Positions 36,436-46,506 of a stretch of 64,000 nt of DNA are shown piece after piece; positions within the stretch are counted from its first letter, which is position 1, and each line of letters opens with the position of its first letter. Position numbers and translations under genes: made by a program. The stretch is from a virus. Location: positions 1 through 64,000 of IMG/VR virus record IMGVR_UViG_3300032288_003533; one strand, 5' to 3'. The notes beneath the pieces are model-generated. The model was not told where the DNA came from, did no database searches, and worked only from the letters and a program-made list of their open reading frames with translations.

Positions 36436-38121
36436 ATGCAACCAGAAAAAAATTTAGTAGAAGAAGCACTAATTCAAATGAAACAAATTGAAGATGTGCT
36501 TGCAGAAAACGCAAAAGGAATACTTTCTTCAACAATGAAGGAAGAAATCGAAGAGTTGGTTAAAGAATCTTTAAATGAACAAGAAGATATTGAAGATGAT
36601 GAGACTGATTTAGATATGGATGATAATGAATCTGAGTTAGATATGGAAGATGATATGGATATGGAAGATGATATGGAAGATGAGGATGAAATGGATATGG
36701 AAGATGACATAGAAGATGAGGATGAAATGGATATGGATGATGATGTGATTGATATGAGGGGTGCATCACAAAGTGAACTTTTAAAAGTGTTTAAAGCAAT
36801 GGATGATGAAGATGGTATAATTATATCAAAAGATGGTAATGATATTTCATTAACTGATGAAGATTCTGATTCTGAATATTTAATAAAACTAGGTGAACAA
36901 ATAGAAGATTTTGGTTCTGGTATGGATGATGATATGGAATATGATGCTCAAGAACATGGTATGAGATATTTTAATGATGACGATGAAGAAGGTGATTTTG
37001 AACCTTTTGATGACGAAAATGAAGATGTTGATATGGACTATGCTATGAGCAAAAGACTTGGTTTGAAATATTTTAATGACAACGAAGATGATGATGATAT
37101 GGAATTTGATGATCAAGATTATCAACCAATAGAAGAGGAAGATTATGATACTCAATCAACAATTGATAAAATTTTTGAAAAAACAAATAAAAATAACAAT
37201 ATTATTTATGAAATAGAAATGGAAGACGAAGAAGAGTTTGATATGGAAGATGAAGAAGAGTTTGATATGGAAGATGAAGAAGAGTTTGATATGGATATGG
37301 AAGATGATGAAGATTTTGATTGTTCTAATTTTAGCACTTCAGATTATTTAGCCAAAAACCCAAAAGCAACAATTTCAGATGTATATGATTATTTAAAAGA
37401 AAAAGGTTGTTTAAGTGGTAGTGCTGATAGTATTGGGGAAGATTATAATTATTTAGGTGAAGCTAAAAAGGCTTCCAAATTTAAGTACAAGATGCCAAAA
37501 AATGGGTTTAATGAAAAAATGAAAGAGGGTCCTAAAAAAATGGGAACAGGTAAAGCCAAGTTTGATTATGACAAATCTGGTGCAAATGTTGGTGGTAAAA
37601 TGAAAAAAGTATCAACTAGCAAAAAACAAGAAACAAAAGAAGCATCAAGAACTTATGGTATGGGAAGTAAAGCTGGTAGAGGTCTAAAGAAAGGCATAAC
37701 ACCAAATAGAAATTTACATTTAGAAGCTCTGGAAAACCAAGTTTTAGAATTAAAACAAAAGAATAATGATTATAAAAAATCATTAAATATTTTCAGAGAG
37801 AAACTAAACGATGTTGCAATTTTCAATGCTAATTTGGCATATGCAACAAGATTGTTCACAGAACACTCAACTACTAAAAAAGAAAAAATAAACATTTTAA
37901 GGAGATTTGATAATGTACAAACATTACAAGAATCAAAAAACTTATATTCAACTATAAATAATGAGTTGTCAAAAGATTCAAAATCACCTTTAAGTGAATC
38001 TGTTAATCGTAAAATATCAAATGTTGCATCAACAGGTTCATCTGCTAACTTGATTGAATCAAAAACTTATGAAAATCCTCAATTTTTGAGGATGAAGGAT
38101 TTGATGGGTAAATTAGGTTAA
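36436..38121 (+). CDS. Prohead scaffold/core protein
   Basis: Immediately upstream of MCP, with very acidic D/E/M repeats, a coiled-coil C-terminus and many LxE sites. Confidence 0.8.
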   Translation: MQPEKNLVEEALIQMKQIEDVLAENAKGILSSTMKEEIEELVKESLNEQEDIEDDETDLDMDDNESELDMEDDMDMEDDMEDEDEMDMEDDIEDEDEMDMDDDVIDMRGASQSELLKVFKAMDDEDGIIISKDGNDISLTDEDSDSEYLIKLGEQIEDFGSGMDDDMEYDAQEHGMRYFNDDDEEGDFEPFDDENEDVDMDYAMSKRLGLKYFNDNEDDDDMEFDDQDYQPIEEEDYDTQSTIDKIFEKTNKNNNIIYEIEMEDEEEFDMEDEEEFDMEDEEEFDMDMEDDEDFDCSNFSTSDYLAKNPKATISDVYDYLKEKGCLSGSADSIGEDYNYLGEAKKASKFKYKMPKNGFNEKMKEGPKKMGTGKAKFDYDKSGANVGGKMKKVSTSKKQETKEASRTYGMGSKAGRGLKKGITPNRNLHLEALENQVLELKQKNNDYKKSLNIFREKLNDVAIFNANLAYATRLFTEHSTTKKEKINILRRFDNVQTLQESKNLYSTINNELSKDSKSPLSESVNRKISNVASTGSSANLIESKTYENPQFLRMKDLMGKLG

Positions 38122-38147
38122 TAAAAATAAATAAAAAAAAATAAAAA

Positions 38148-39929
38148 ATGGGAGCATTATTAGAATCAGGTCTTGTTGGTAATATTGGGTTGAAACACCT
38201 TAAAGTTATCAAAGAGGACACAATTAACAAATGGAATAAATTAGGATTCCTTGAAGGCTTAAAAGGTCATTTAAAAGAGAATGTTGCACAGTTGTATGAA
38301 AACCAAGCATCATATCTTATTAATGAAGCAGCTAGTACATCTGATACTGGTGCATTTGAAACAGTTGTTTTCCCAATTGTTAGGAGAGTATTCTCTAAAT
38401 TATTGGCAAATGATATTGTTTCAGTACAAGCAATGAATTTACCTATTGGTAAATTATTCTTCTTTGTACCTCAAATTCAAGAAAGAACTAATACTACTGA
38501 ACATTGGGCACCTTATGGTTCACCTAATGCAGCAACTGGTCAAACACCATCTTCTGGTTATGATTCAAACACATATAAAAATCTATATGATAGATTTTAT
38601 GAAGGTAGCGAGCCTGGTTTAAATCCAGAAGGTCTTTATGACTATTCAAAAGGGCAATATTCTGCTATAACATCAAATTTAACTACTGTTGCTTGGTCTA
38701 ATGGTGAATTAATTGCTTCTGCTTATTCACAGACTGACTATAGAAAAGTATTAGTTGTTATGTCTGGATTCACAGGTGATGGTGCAGGTAAATTAATTGG
38801 CCCAGATGGTCATCCAATGGATAATGAAAGTTTCTTAGCTGGTTTAGTAGTTTTAGGAGTATCAACAAATTCAACAACTTCAGGTAGTACAAATACTCCA
38901 TATTTATTTAGAGTTGTTACTCAAAAATATGGAAAAGGTATTGTGCAATATGGATCACAAACATCACATACATTTGGTAGTTATACTGATGGTGGTGGTA
39001 CTTATAATAATATTTGTGATGCTGAAGGTAAAATATATTTAGAGATTGATTTACAAACTCCAGCAACTGTGGGTGCAAATTCTTTAGATGGTTATACTGG
39101 ATCAACATTTACATCTTCAACAGCAGCAGGTAATGCGCTAAAATGTGTTTATAGAGTTTATAAAAATCTTGAATTTGAAGATAAAATTGGTGAGGTTTCT
39201 TTTGATTTACAATCTGTAACTGTTTCAGTAACTGAACGTAAATTAAGAGCACAATGGTCACCAGAAATGGCACAAGATGTTGCTGCATTCCATAACATTG
39301 ATGCTGAAGCAGAATTAACTGCTTTATTATCAGAGCAAATTGCAGCTGAAATTGATAGAGAAATTTTAAGAGACCTTAGAAAAGGTGCTGCTTGGAACTT
39401 ACGTTGGGATTACAATGGTTGGAAGAGATTGGGTACAAATGCTATCCCTTACACACAGAAAGACTGGAATCAAACATTAATCACAACTATTAACCAAGTA
39501 TCAGCACAAATCCACAAATCAACATTGAGAGGTGGAGCAAACTGGATTGTGGTTTCTTCTGAAGTTAGTGCAGTTTTTGATGATTTAGAATACTTCCATG
39601 TATCAAATGCATCTCCTGAACAAGACCAATATAATATGGGTATTGAAAGAGTTGGTACATTAGCTGGACGTTACCAAGTTTATAGAGATCCTTATTTCCC
39701 AGCAAATACAATTTTGTTAGGACACAAAGGAACATCTTTACTTGATACTGGATATATTTATGCACCATATGTACCTCTGCAATTAACACCAACTATGTAT
39801 AATCCATTTAACTTTACACCAATCAAAGGTATTATGACACGTTATGCTAAGAAAATGGTTAATAATCGTTTCTATGGTAGAATTACTGTTGATGGTGTTA
39901 GAACATTTGACTTACAAGAGTTGAGATAA
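38148..39929 (+). CDS. Major capsid protein (T4 gp23-like)
   Basis: PIVRRVF...VSVQAMNLP, RKLRAQWSPEMAQD, DAEAELTALLSEQIAAEIDREI, YAPYVPL and GIMTRY. Confidence 0.97.
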   Translation: MGALLESGLVGNIGLKHLKVIKEDTINKWNKLGFLEGLKGHLKENVAQLYENQASYLINEAASTSDTGAFETVVFPIVRRVFSKLLANDIVSVQAMNLPIGKLFFFVPQIQERTNTTEHWAPYGSPNAATGQTPSSGYDSNTYKNLYDRFYEGSEPGLNPEGLYDYSKGQYSAITSNLTTVAWSNGELIASAYSQTDYRKVLVVMSGFTGDGAGKLIGPDGHPMDNESFLAGLVVLGVSTNSTTSGSTNTPYLFRVVTQKYGKGIVQYGSQTSHTFGSYTDGGGTYNNICDAEGKIYLEIDLQTPATVGANSLDGYTGSTFTSSTAAGNALKCVYRVYKNLEFEDKIGEVSFDLQSVTVSVTERKLRAQWSPEMAQDVAAFHNIDAEAELTALLSEQIAAEIDREILRDLRKGAAWNLRWDYNGWKRLGTNAIPYTQKDWNQTLITTINQVSAQIHKSTLRGGANWIVVSSEVSAVFDDLEYFHVSNASPEQDQYNMGIERVGTLAGRYQVYRDPYFPANTILLGHKGTSLLDTGYIYAPYVPLQLTPTMYNPFNFTPIKGIMTRYAKKMVNNRFYGRITVDGVRTFDLQELR

Positions 39930-39950
39930 TCAATTTTATATTGAAATAAT

Positions 39951-39984
39951 AAGAAGGGTTGCATTTTTTTGCAGCCCTTTTTTT
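39951..39984 (+). terminator. Intrinsic terminator after MCP
   Basis: aagggttgca...tgcagccctt followed by a T-run. Confidence 0.8.
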
Positions 39985-40013
39985 ATTTGTAGATATTTAT
40001 AAATAAAAATATT

Positions 40014-40373
40014 ATGAAAAATAATCCATCATTTTTGAATGAAGATTTACGGGTTTGGTTTGGTGATAAAAAAAAACCAAAAGGTAGCAGCCAACCAAAA
40101 GGACCTTGGGTTAATATATGCAGAAAAGATTCAAATGGTAAGCATCCCCCTTGTGGTAGAGAATCTGATAGTAAGGGTGCTTATCCTAAATGTAGAGCAG
40201 CAGGTGTTGCTGGTAAGATGAGTGATGCTGAAAAGAAGTCAGCTTGTGCAAAGAAAAGAAAGGCTGAAAAACAAAATCCAAAATCTGGAACTGGTAATAA
40301 GCCAACAATGGTCACAAATGAGATAATAAGAAGAGTTATTAAGGAATTTATAAATGATAATCAGAAGCATTAA
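40014..40373 (+). CDS. Small basic Cys-containing protein
   Basis: LNEDLRVWFG...GPWVNICR...PPCGR...YPKC, K/R-rich. Confidence 0.7.
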   Translation: MKNNPSFLNEDLRVWFGDKKKPKGSSQPKGPWVNICRKDSNGKHPPCGRESDSKGAYPKCRAAGVAGKMSDAEKKSACAKKRKAEKQNPKSGTGNKPTMVTNEIIRRVIKEFINDNQKH

Positions 40374-41535
40374 CTTCACCAACAAATTTAACATAATCTT
40401 TATTAATAAATGAACAATTTGAAACGCCATCAGTTCTTCTTGATATTATAAATAAAACTTTGTTATTTTGTACAAATAAAATATATAAGTAACCTTGTTC
40501 ATCTAAATATAATTCAACTTTAACATTGCCAGTTATTTCATCAAAAGAAACATATTTATATTGTATTTTATTGCCATCTTTTATTATCAAATTTCTCTTT
40601 GGTTTTATATTAAATGCCTCCCATGCAAAACCTAATTCAACCATTCTAAAAATTGAAATGAATTGATTTGCATTTATTTCACATATTTCTTTTCTTTTAT
40701 TAAATTCAATACTAATAATATCTTTGGCTTTTTCTGCAATTTTTCTATTATTTTGTATTTTTTTTTCTATATTTGAGTAATATTTTTTTCTATTTACTTC
40801 AGCATATTTTTTATTTTTTTCTAATTCTTCTTTATTTTTTGCTGATTTTTCTTTAATTTTTTCTAATTCTTCTTTGTATAATTTTACTTTTTCATTATAT
40901 TCTATATCTTCTATATTTAATTTAGAATAATCATTATCAAGTTCTTTTTTTCTTAATTTAATTTCTTTAACCTCATTTTTAATTTTATTAGTTTGTGATT
41001 TAATTTTATCATATTCTTTTTTAATTTGACTAGCTTCATTTTTAATTATATTGGTTACCCTTTCAAGTTCTTTGGTACTTTCATCCTTATTATCTTCTGG
41101 GAATAAAAAATTATAAATAGGATTATTACAAGTTTTTAAAAGATAAAAAACTGGGTATTTAATATTTGAATCACTTCCTTTTATAAAATTATTAATTGTT
41201 GTTTCAGATAAATTAGGAAATTTAAAACTATCATTAGGATTACTATAATTTTTTGCATCAAATACTTCGCTTACACCATCAATATCAATTAAATAATCAC
41301 CCTTTAATGATGCACTAGCATTCATTCTATGAAATTTACCCATTTTTTGTTTAAATTGAGTTGTAGCAGTTCTTCTTTTTGTTTTATATTCAGATGTTCT
41401 TGAATCAATATTTATAAATATATTTTTACCATTAGGTTTGTTGGTTAATTTTTCAAACAAATCTGTATTGATTAATTTATCAAAAACAATAGCTTCAAAT
41501 TTTTTACCTTCTTTTGAGGCTGATGTATTATTCAT
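40348..41535 (-). CDS. Putative PD-(D/E)xK-like nuclease with central coiled coil
   Basis: EGKKFEAIV...KGDYLID...FDAKNY fits an E...D...DxK pattern, followed by a long K/E coiled coil. Confidence 0.45.
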   Translation of the reverse strand: MNNTSASKEGKKFEAIVFDKLINTDLFEKLTNKPNGKNIFINIDSRTSEYKTKRRTATTQFKQKMGKFHRMNASASLKGDYLIDIDGVSEVFDAKNYSNPNDSFKFPNLSETTINNFIKGSDSNIKYPVFYLLKTCNNPIYNFLFPEDNKDESTKELERVTNIIKNEASQIKKEYDKIKSQTNKIKNEVKEIKLRKKELDNDYSKLNIEDIEYNEKVKLYKEELEKIKEKSAKNKEELEKNKKYAEVNRKKYYSNIEKKIQNNRKIAEKAKDIISIEFNKRKEICEINANQFISIFRMVELGFAWEAFNIKPKRNLIIKDGNKIQYKYVSFDEITGNVKVELYLDEQGYLYILFVQNNKVLFIISRRTDGVSNCSFINKDYVKFVGEVNASDYHL

Positions 41536-41595
41536 TTAATTTAAAATTTTGGTTGATTAATTTATAGTTATAATAACTAATATTTTTTAAATAAG

Positions 41596-41643
41596 TGATA
41601 ATTCAAATTATCATACAAATAGATGATAATTCAAATTATCATA
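41596..41643. promoter_or_regulatory. Two direct copies of palindrome TGATAATT-CA-AATTATCA (operator-like)
   Basis: tgataattcaaattatcata at 41596 and 41624, upstream of the 40348-41535 gene. Confidence 0.6.
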
Positions 41644-41653
41644 TTTTAATACT

Positions 41654-42067
41654 CTAAAAGGATTCGACCTTAATTAAAAAGTTTTCCTTTAGGTAATTTG
41701 ATAACTCATAAAAGGTATCAAATTTTGATTGCATTTTATCATCAAATTTACTGACAATATCAACATGTGTTTGATGATGATTAATAAAAAACTTGAAAAC
41801 TTCATATTCAAAAATCATATGAATTTCTCTATCATATATATTGATAAAGATATTTTCATCTTCAAGATAAATTAATCTTTCTGGTGATTTTGCTGAATAT
41901 GCAAGTTTAACATCTGGATTGTCCAGCATTTTAAAGATAATATTTTTACATCTAATTTCATCCTCTGTTGGATTAGTTAGTGCCAAGATATTTTCTTTAA
42001 ATGAATTAACTAGGGGGGTTAACCAATTACCTTCTTTAAGATAGTTGTCCCAAGATTTAATGTTCAT
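41654..42067 (-). CDS. Hypothetical protein
   Basis: Start reassigned to MNIKSW at 42067, downstream of a TAnnTTTG box. Confidence 0.65.
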   Translation of the reverse strand: MNIKSWDNYLKEGNWLTPLVNSFKENILALTNPTEDEIRCKNIIFKMLDNPDVKLAYSAKSPERLIYLEDENIFINIYDREIHMIFEYEVFKFFINHHQTHVDIVSKFDDKMQSKFDTFYELSNYLKENFLIKVESF

Positions 42068-42119
42068 AGTTTTTTTTATTACAAATATACTACAAGTTGT
42101 TTTAAAAATCAAATTACAT

Positions 42120-42668
42120 TCATTCCCATTCAGGATCCTCATCTAGTATATCGCCTTTAATATATCCAGGCTTAACCATTTTTTTTAATTGTTCTTCAGT
42201 GTATTTAGTTAACTTTGTGTAAGTTATATTTAATCCATCATCAACTTTCAATCCTTTTGGTAATGAGTTTAATTTGTAACAATGATTTAAATATAATGTA
42301 CCATTAACTTTTAACCCATCTGGTAATGATTCAAGTTGTTCGCAACCATATAAATCCAAATCACCACTAACTTTCAATCCTTTTGGTAATGATGTTATAT
42401 TTGAATATTGTAAAGTTAAATCACCCCCAACTTCCAATCCTTCTGGTAATGAAGTTATTTTTGAATAGTCTAAATTCAAATTGCCACTAACTTTCAATCC
42501 TTCTGGTAATGAAGTTATTTTAAAATTTGATAAATCCAAATCATCATCAATGTTTAATTCATCTTTTGTTAATGGTGAACCATTTGTTATTTTCCATAAA
42601 AATGGAATTTTTGCACCATCTAACTTTTCAAGAAAATTAAATATATTCTTTAGTGTTTCTTTTTCCAT
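42120..42668 (-). CDS. Short-LRR family protein (array 3, ~6 repeats)
   Basis: Same caps and repeat consensus. Confidence 0.9.
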   Translation of the reverse strand: MEKETLKNIFNFLEKLDGAKIPFLWKITNGSPLTKDELNIDDDLDLSNFKITSLPEGLKVSGNLNLDYSKITSLPEGLEVGGDLTLQYSNITSLPKGLKVSGDLDLYGCEQLESLPDGLKVNGTLYLNHCYKLNSLPKGLKVDDGLNITYTKLTKYTEEQLKKMVKPGYIKGDILDEDPEWE

Positions 42669-43198
42669 TATCTAATTATATTATTTATATATCCAGGATT
42701 AACCATTTGCCTTAATTCCTCAGTTGAATATTTTGTTAATGGTGTATTTTTAATAAACAAACGACCCCCAACTTTCAACCCTTTTGGTAATGATGTTATA
42801 TTTGAATGTTTCAAATCCAAAAATCTCCCAACTTTTAATCCTTCTGGTAGTGAAGTTATATTTGCACAATCAAATAAAGATAAACTCCCACCAACTTTCA
42901 ACCCTTTTGGTAATGATGTTATATTTGAATATCCCAAATCCAAAAACCCCCCAACTTCTAATCCTTCTGGTAATGATTGTATATTTTTACAACCATATAA
43001 ACTTAAATTAGCCTCAACTTTCAATCCATCTGGTAATGATTCAATATCTGTTTTTGTTAAATCCAAATCCCCTTTAACAATCAAATCATCTTTTTCTGTT
43101 ATTGGTATATTGTTTTGTAATTTCCACATAAGTGGTGCATTATGCTCACCATTTTCTTCAAGAAAATCAAATATCTTTTTTAGTGTTTCTTTTTCCAT
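42668..43198 (-). CDS. Short-LRR family protein (array 3, ~6 repeats)
   Basis: Same caps and repeat consensus, AGATAATG coupling. Confidence 0.9.
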   Translation of the reverse strand: MEKETLKKIFDFLEENGEHNAPLMWKLQNNIPITEKDDLIVKGDLDLTKTDIESLPDGLKVEANLSLYGCKNIQSLPEGLEVGGFLDLGYSNITSLPKGLKVGGSLSLFDCANITSLPEGLKVGRFLDLKHSNITSLPKGLKVGGRLFIKNTPLTKYSTEELRQMVNPGYINNIIR

Positions 43199-43845
43199 TA
43201 TCTTTCTATTTTTCCAAGTATAAATCCTGGTTTAACCATATCTCTTAATTCCTTATCTGAAAATTTTGCTAACCCAGACTCGTCAATGGCTAAATTACCA
43301 TAAACCTCCAACCCTTTTGGTAATGAAGTTAAATTTTTGCAACGCATTAAATTTAACAATCTATTAACTTTTAATTCTTTTGGTAAAAATTCTATCTCTG
43401 AATCCTCCAAAGATAATATACCAACTTCCATTCCTTCTGGTAATGATTCCAAATATGGGGTAGTATTTAAATTTAATTCACCTTCAATTTTCAATCCTTC
43501 TGGTAATGATTGTATTTGTGTATATGATAAATCCAAATCTAATTTAACTTTTAATCTTTTTGGTAATTTTCTTATTTCTGTATAATTTAAAACTAAATGT
43601 CCCCCAACTTCCAATCCTTCTGGCAATGATTTAATATCTGAATTTTGTAAAAACAAATCACCTTCAACTTTCAATCCTTCTGGCAATTCTTCTATCTCTA
43701 AATCTGATAAATTCAAATCACCTTTAACATGTAAATCATCTTCTGTTAATGGAAAACCATTTGACCATTTCCACCTAAGTGGCGTATTCCTATTATCCTT
43801 CTTTTCAAGGAAATTAAATATCTTTTTTAGTGTTTCTTTTTCCAT
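43198..43845 (-). CDS. Short-LRR family protein (array 3, ~8 repeats)
   Basis: Same caps and repeat consensus, AGATAATG coupling. Confidence 0.9.
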   Translation of the reverse strand: MEKETLKKIFNFLEKKDNRNTPLRWKWSNGFPLTEDDLHVKGDLNLSDLEIEELPEGLKVEGDLFLQNSDIKSLPEGLEVGGHLVLNYTEIRKLPKRLKVKLDLDLSYTQIQSLPEGLKIEGELNLNTTPYLESLPEGMEVGILSLEDSEIEFLPKELKVNRLLNLMRCKNLTSLPKGLEVYGNLAIDESGLAKFSDKELRDMVKPGFILGKIER

Positions 43846-43848
43846 TAT

Positions 43849-44271
43849 CTATCCTTTCTTCCATTTGCCCCCCAATTTCTTATAACGTTTTGCTGCTGCA
43901 CCATTACAATATGCGCTTGGGCATACTTTATACCTTGACCTTGCCCAACTCAAACATTGACTCCATAACTTGGGATTTGTTGGTTTATTCTTTTTTTCTT
44001 TTGCTTCTGTTATGTTTTGGTTATCTCTGTTTTCAAATTCATTCATCATAAAATCAAAAACTTGATCCAAGTTTTCTTTTGCAACTGTCACATGGTCATC
44101 AGCCCAATCATGTCCATTATTCAATAATTCATTAATTTCATCAGGTTGAAGTTCAAGCAATAATTCACATTGTCTTTTAATTTGTTTTAAGTTTCCAAAA
44201 AACATATAATTTTCTGTTGCTTGCTCATTTATTGCATTCTTAACAATTTTTTTAATTACTGGATGTATCAT
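43849..44271 (-). CDS. Hypothetical protein with INEQ leader and basic C-terminal domain (DUF5872-like)
   Basis: WADDH motif and PTNPKLWSQC...PSAY.NG...KRYKKLGGKW. Confidence 0.65.
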   Translation of the reverse strand: MIHPVIKKIVKNAINEQATENYMFFGNLKQIKRQCELLLELQPDEINELLNNGHDWADDHVTVAKENLDQVFDFMMNEFENRDNQNITEAKEKKNKPTNPKLWSQCLSWARSRYKVCPSAYCNGAAAKRYKKLGGKWKKG

Positions 44272-44409
44272 ATCTTATTTTTTATATAAATATCATTATT
44301 CTTTATTTTGATTATGGCTCTCATATTTTGATTTTAAGAGGCTTTTTGTTTTAACCTATTACTATGTCATCTTTATTAAAATATGCTGTTGTGGTTAAAT
44401 TGTGTGTGG

Positions 44410-44949
44410 TTATATCCTAATTATTCCTTGTATATAACCAGGCTTAACCATTTCTCTTAATTCTTCATTAGTAAATTTGGCTAAATTATGTTTATTATCT
44501 ATATTTAAATATCCTTTAACTATTAGTCCTTTTGGTAATCTATTTATTGGTGTGTTCATTATTATTAACCAAGTATTAATCACTAACCCTTCTGGTAGTG
44601 AAGTTACTTTTGAATTTTGTAAATATAAAGAAGTACCAATTTTAATATCATCTGGTATTTTTTTTATATTAGAGTATGATAAATCCAAAATAACACCAAC
44701 TTTCAATCCTTTTGGTAATTCTTCTAATTTTGAAAATCTAGTAATCATATTGCCTTTAACTTCCAAATTATCTGGCAATGATTTTAAATTTGAATCTGAT
44801 AAATCCAAATCACCATTAACAACTAAATCTTCTTTTGTTAGGGGTTCACCAAAATTTAATTTCCAAATAAAGTTATCTCTATTTTTATGTTTTTTGTTTT
44901 CATTCTTCTGAAGAAAATCAAATATTTTTTTTATTGTTTCTTTTTCCAT
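44410..44949 (-). CDS. Short-LRR family protein (array 4, ~6 repeats)
   Basis: Same caps and repeat consensus. Confidence 0.9.
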   Translation of the reverse strand: MEKETIKKIFDFLQKNENKKHKNRDNFIWKLNFGEPLTKEDLVVNGDLDLSDSNLKSLPDNLEVKGNMITRFSKLEELPKGLKVGVILDLSYSNIKKIPDDIKIGTSLYLQNSKVTSLPEGLVINTWLIIMNTPINRLPKGLIVKGYLNIDNKHNLAKFTNEELREMVKPGYIQGIIRI

Positions 44950-45557
44950 TATCTAATTATTTGCTCCTTTATAAATCCAGGTTTAACCATATTTCTTAAT
45001 TCTTCATCAGAAAATTTTACTAATGGTGATCCACTTATAATTAAATTCCCCCTAACTTTCAACCCTTTTGGTAATGATGTTAAACTTGTGCAATTTTCTA
45101 AATACAAATCACGACCAACTTCCAATCCTTCTGGCAAAGATGTTAAACTTGTGCAATTTTCTAAATCTAAATTATGCGCAACTTTCAATCCTTTTGGTAA
45201 AGATATTAAATTTGTTGAATTTTCTAAATATAAAGATGCTCCAAGTTCTAATCCTCTTGGCAGTGAAATTAAATCTTCACAACCTTCTAAATCTAAACGA
45301 CCCCCAACTTTTAAGTTATCAGGTAATGATTTAATAGATGAATAATTTAAAATCAAATAACCACCAACTTTCAACCCATCTGGTAATGAGGTTATTTTTG
45401 AATATGATAAATCCAAATTACCTTTTACATTTAACTCTTCTTCTGTTATTGGTTCATCAAATTTTAATTTCCAAATAATGCTATCCCTATCTTTATGTTT
45501 TTTATTTTCTTCCTTTTCAAGAAAATCAAGTATATTTTTTATTGTTTCTTTTTCCAT
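44949..45557 (-). CDS. Short-LRR family protein (array 4, ~7 repeats)
   Basis: Same caps and repeat consensus. Confidence 0.9.
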   Translation of the reverse strand: MEKETIKNILDFLEKEENKKHKDRDSIIWKLKFDEPITEEELNVKGNLDLSYSKITSLPDGLKVGGYLILNYSSIKSLPDNLKVGGRLDLEGCEDLISLPRGLELGASLYLENSTNLISLPKGLKVAHNLDLENCTSLTSLPEGLEVGRDLYLENCTSLTSLPKGLKVRGNLIISGSPLVKFSDEELRNMVKPGFIKEQIIR

Positions 45558-46036
45558 TATCTTTCTATATTTCCTTTTATATAACCATCTGGTTTGACCA
45601 TTTCTCTTATTTTTTCATCTGAAAGTTTTGCTAATGGAGTGTTTACAATATTTAAATCACATTTAACTTTTAAACCTTTTGGTAATGTTTCTATATCTGA
45701 ATATGATAAATCCAGATTACGACCAACATATAAATCACCTGGCAAGGATTTAAAACGGGTCCATTCAAAATTCAAATCACCCTCAACAAATAATTTTTCT
45801 GGGAATGTTTTTAAACTTGAGAACCGAAAATCAGCATCTCCTATAACTTTTAACCCTTTTGGTAAATGTTGTATATTTAAGCCAGATATATCCAAATCAC
45901 CTCTAACAATTAAATCTTCTTTTATTGATGGGTCATTAAACATAAATTTCCACCTTAAAGTTCCTTTGTCTTTATGTTTTTTATTATCTTCTTTTTCAAT
46001 AAATTCAAGTATATTTTTTAGTGTTTCTATTTCCAT
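45557..46036 (-). CDS. Short-LRR family protein (array 4, ~5 repeats)
   Basis: Same caps and repeat consensus. Confidence 0.9.
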   Translation of the reverse strand: MEIETLKNILEFIEKEDNKKHKDKGTLRWKFMFNDPSIKEDLIVRGDLDISGLNIQHLPKGLKVIGDADFRFSSLKTFPEKLFVEGDLNFEWTRFKSLPGDLYVGRNLDLSYSDIETLPKGLKVKCDLNIVNTPLAKLSDEKIREMVKPDGYIKGNIER

Positions 46037-46506
46037 TATCTAATTATATTTCCTTTAAATGAACCATTATTTAAATTTTTATTTCTTCTTATTTCATCAT
46101 CTGTATATTTTTTGGCAAGGAAGGATTCTCCTATATATAAATTACCACCAACATATAAATTTTTTGGAATTTCTTCAATATCTGAATGTCTGAAAAATAA
46201 ATCACCCCCAACATATAAATTGTCTGGTAATGATTCTATATTTGTATGTGATAAGTTAAAACTATCCTTAACATATAACCCTTCTGGTAATGATTCTATT
46301 AGTGAACCCAATAGCCACAATTTACCTTCAACTCTCATCCCATCAGGTAATGAGGTTACAGTTGTAAATTCCAAATTCAAATTGCCTTTTATATTTAAAT
46401 CCTCTTTTGTTAGTTCATTATTTACCCATTTCCATAAAAATGGTGTTTTGATATCATCATTTTCTTCAAGGAATTCAAATATTTTTTTTATTGTTTCTTT
46501 TTCCAT
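46036..46506 (-). CDS. Short-LRR family protein (array 4, ~5 repeats)
   Basis: Same N-cap, variant C-cap (KYTDDEIRR...GSFKGNIIR). Confidence 0.9.
   Translation of the reverse strand: MEKETIKKIFEFLEENDDIKTPFLWKWVNNELTKEDLNIKGNLNLEFTTVTSLPDGMRVEGKLWLLGSLIESLPEGLYVKDSFNLSHTNIESLPDNLYVGGDLFFRHSDIEEIPKNLYVGGNLYIGESFLAKKYTDDEIRRNKNLNNGSFKGNIIR

Noticed and set aside
26318-39929. Introns or inteins in terminase, portal or MCP
   Set aside because: The ORFs are continuous with no intein termini or homing-endonuclease motifs. The MCP insertion is S/T/G-rich and looks like a structural domain.
44293-44409. Possible ncRNA or att site between arrays 4 and 3
   Set aside because: No convincing hairpin, ORF or second copy was found by eye.
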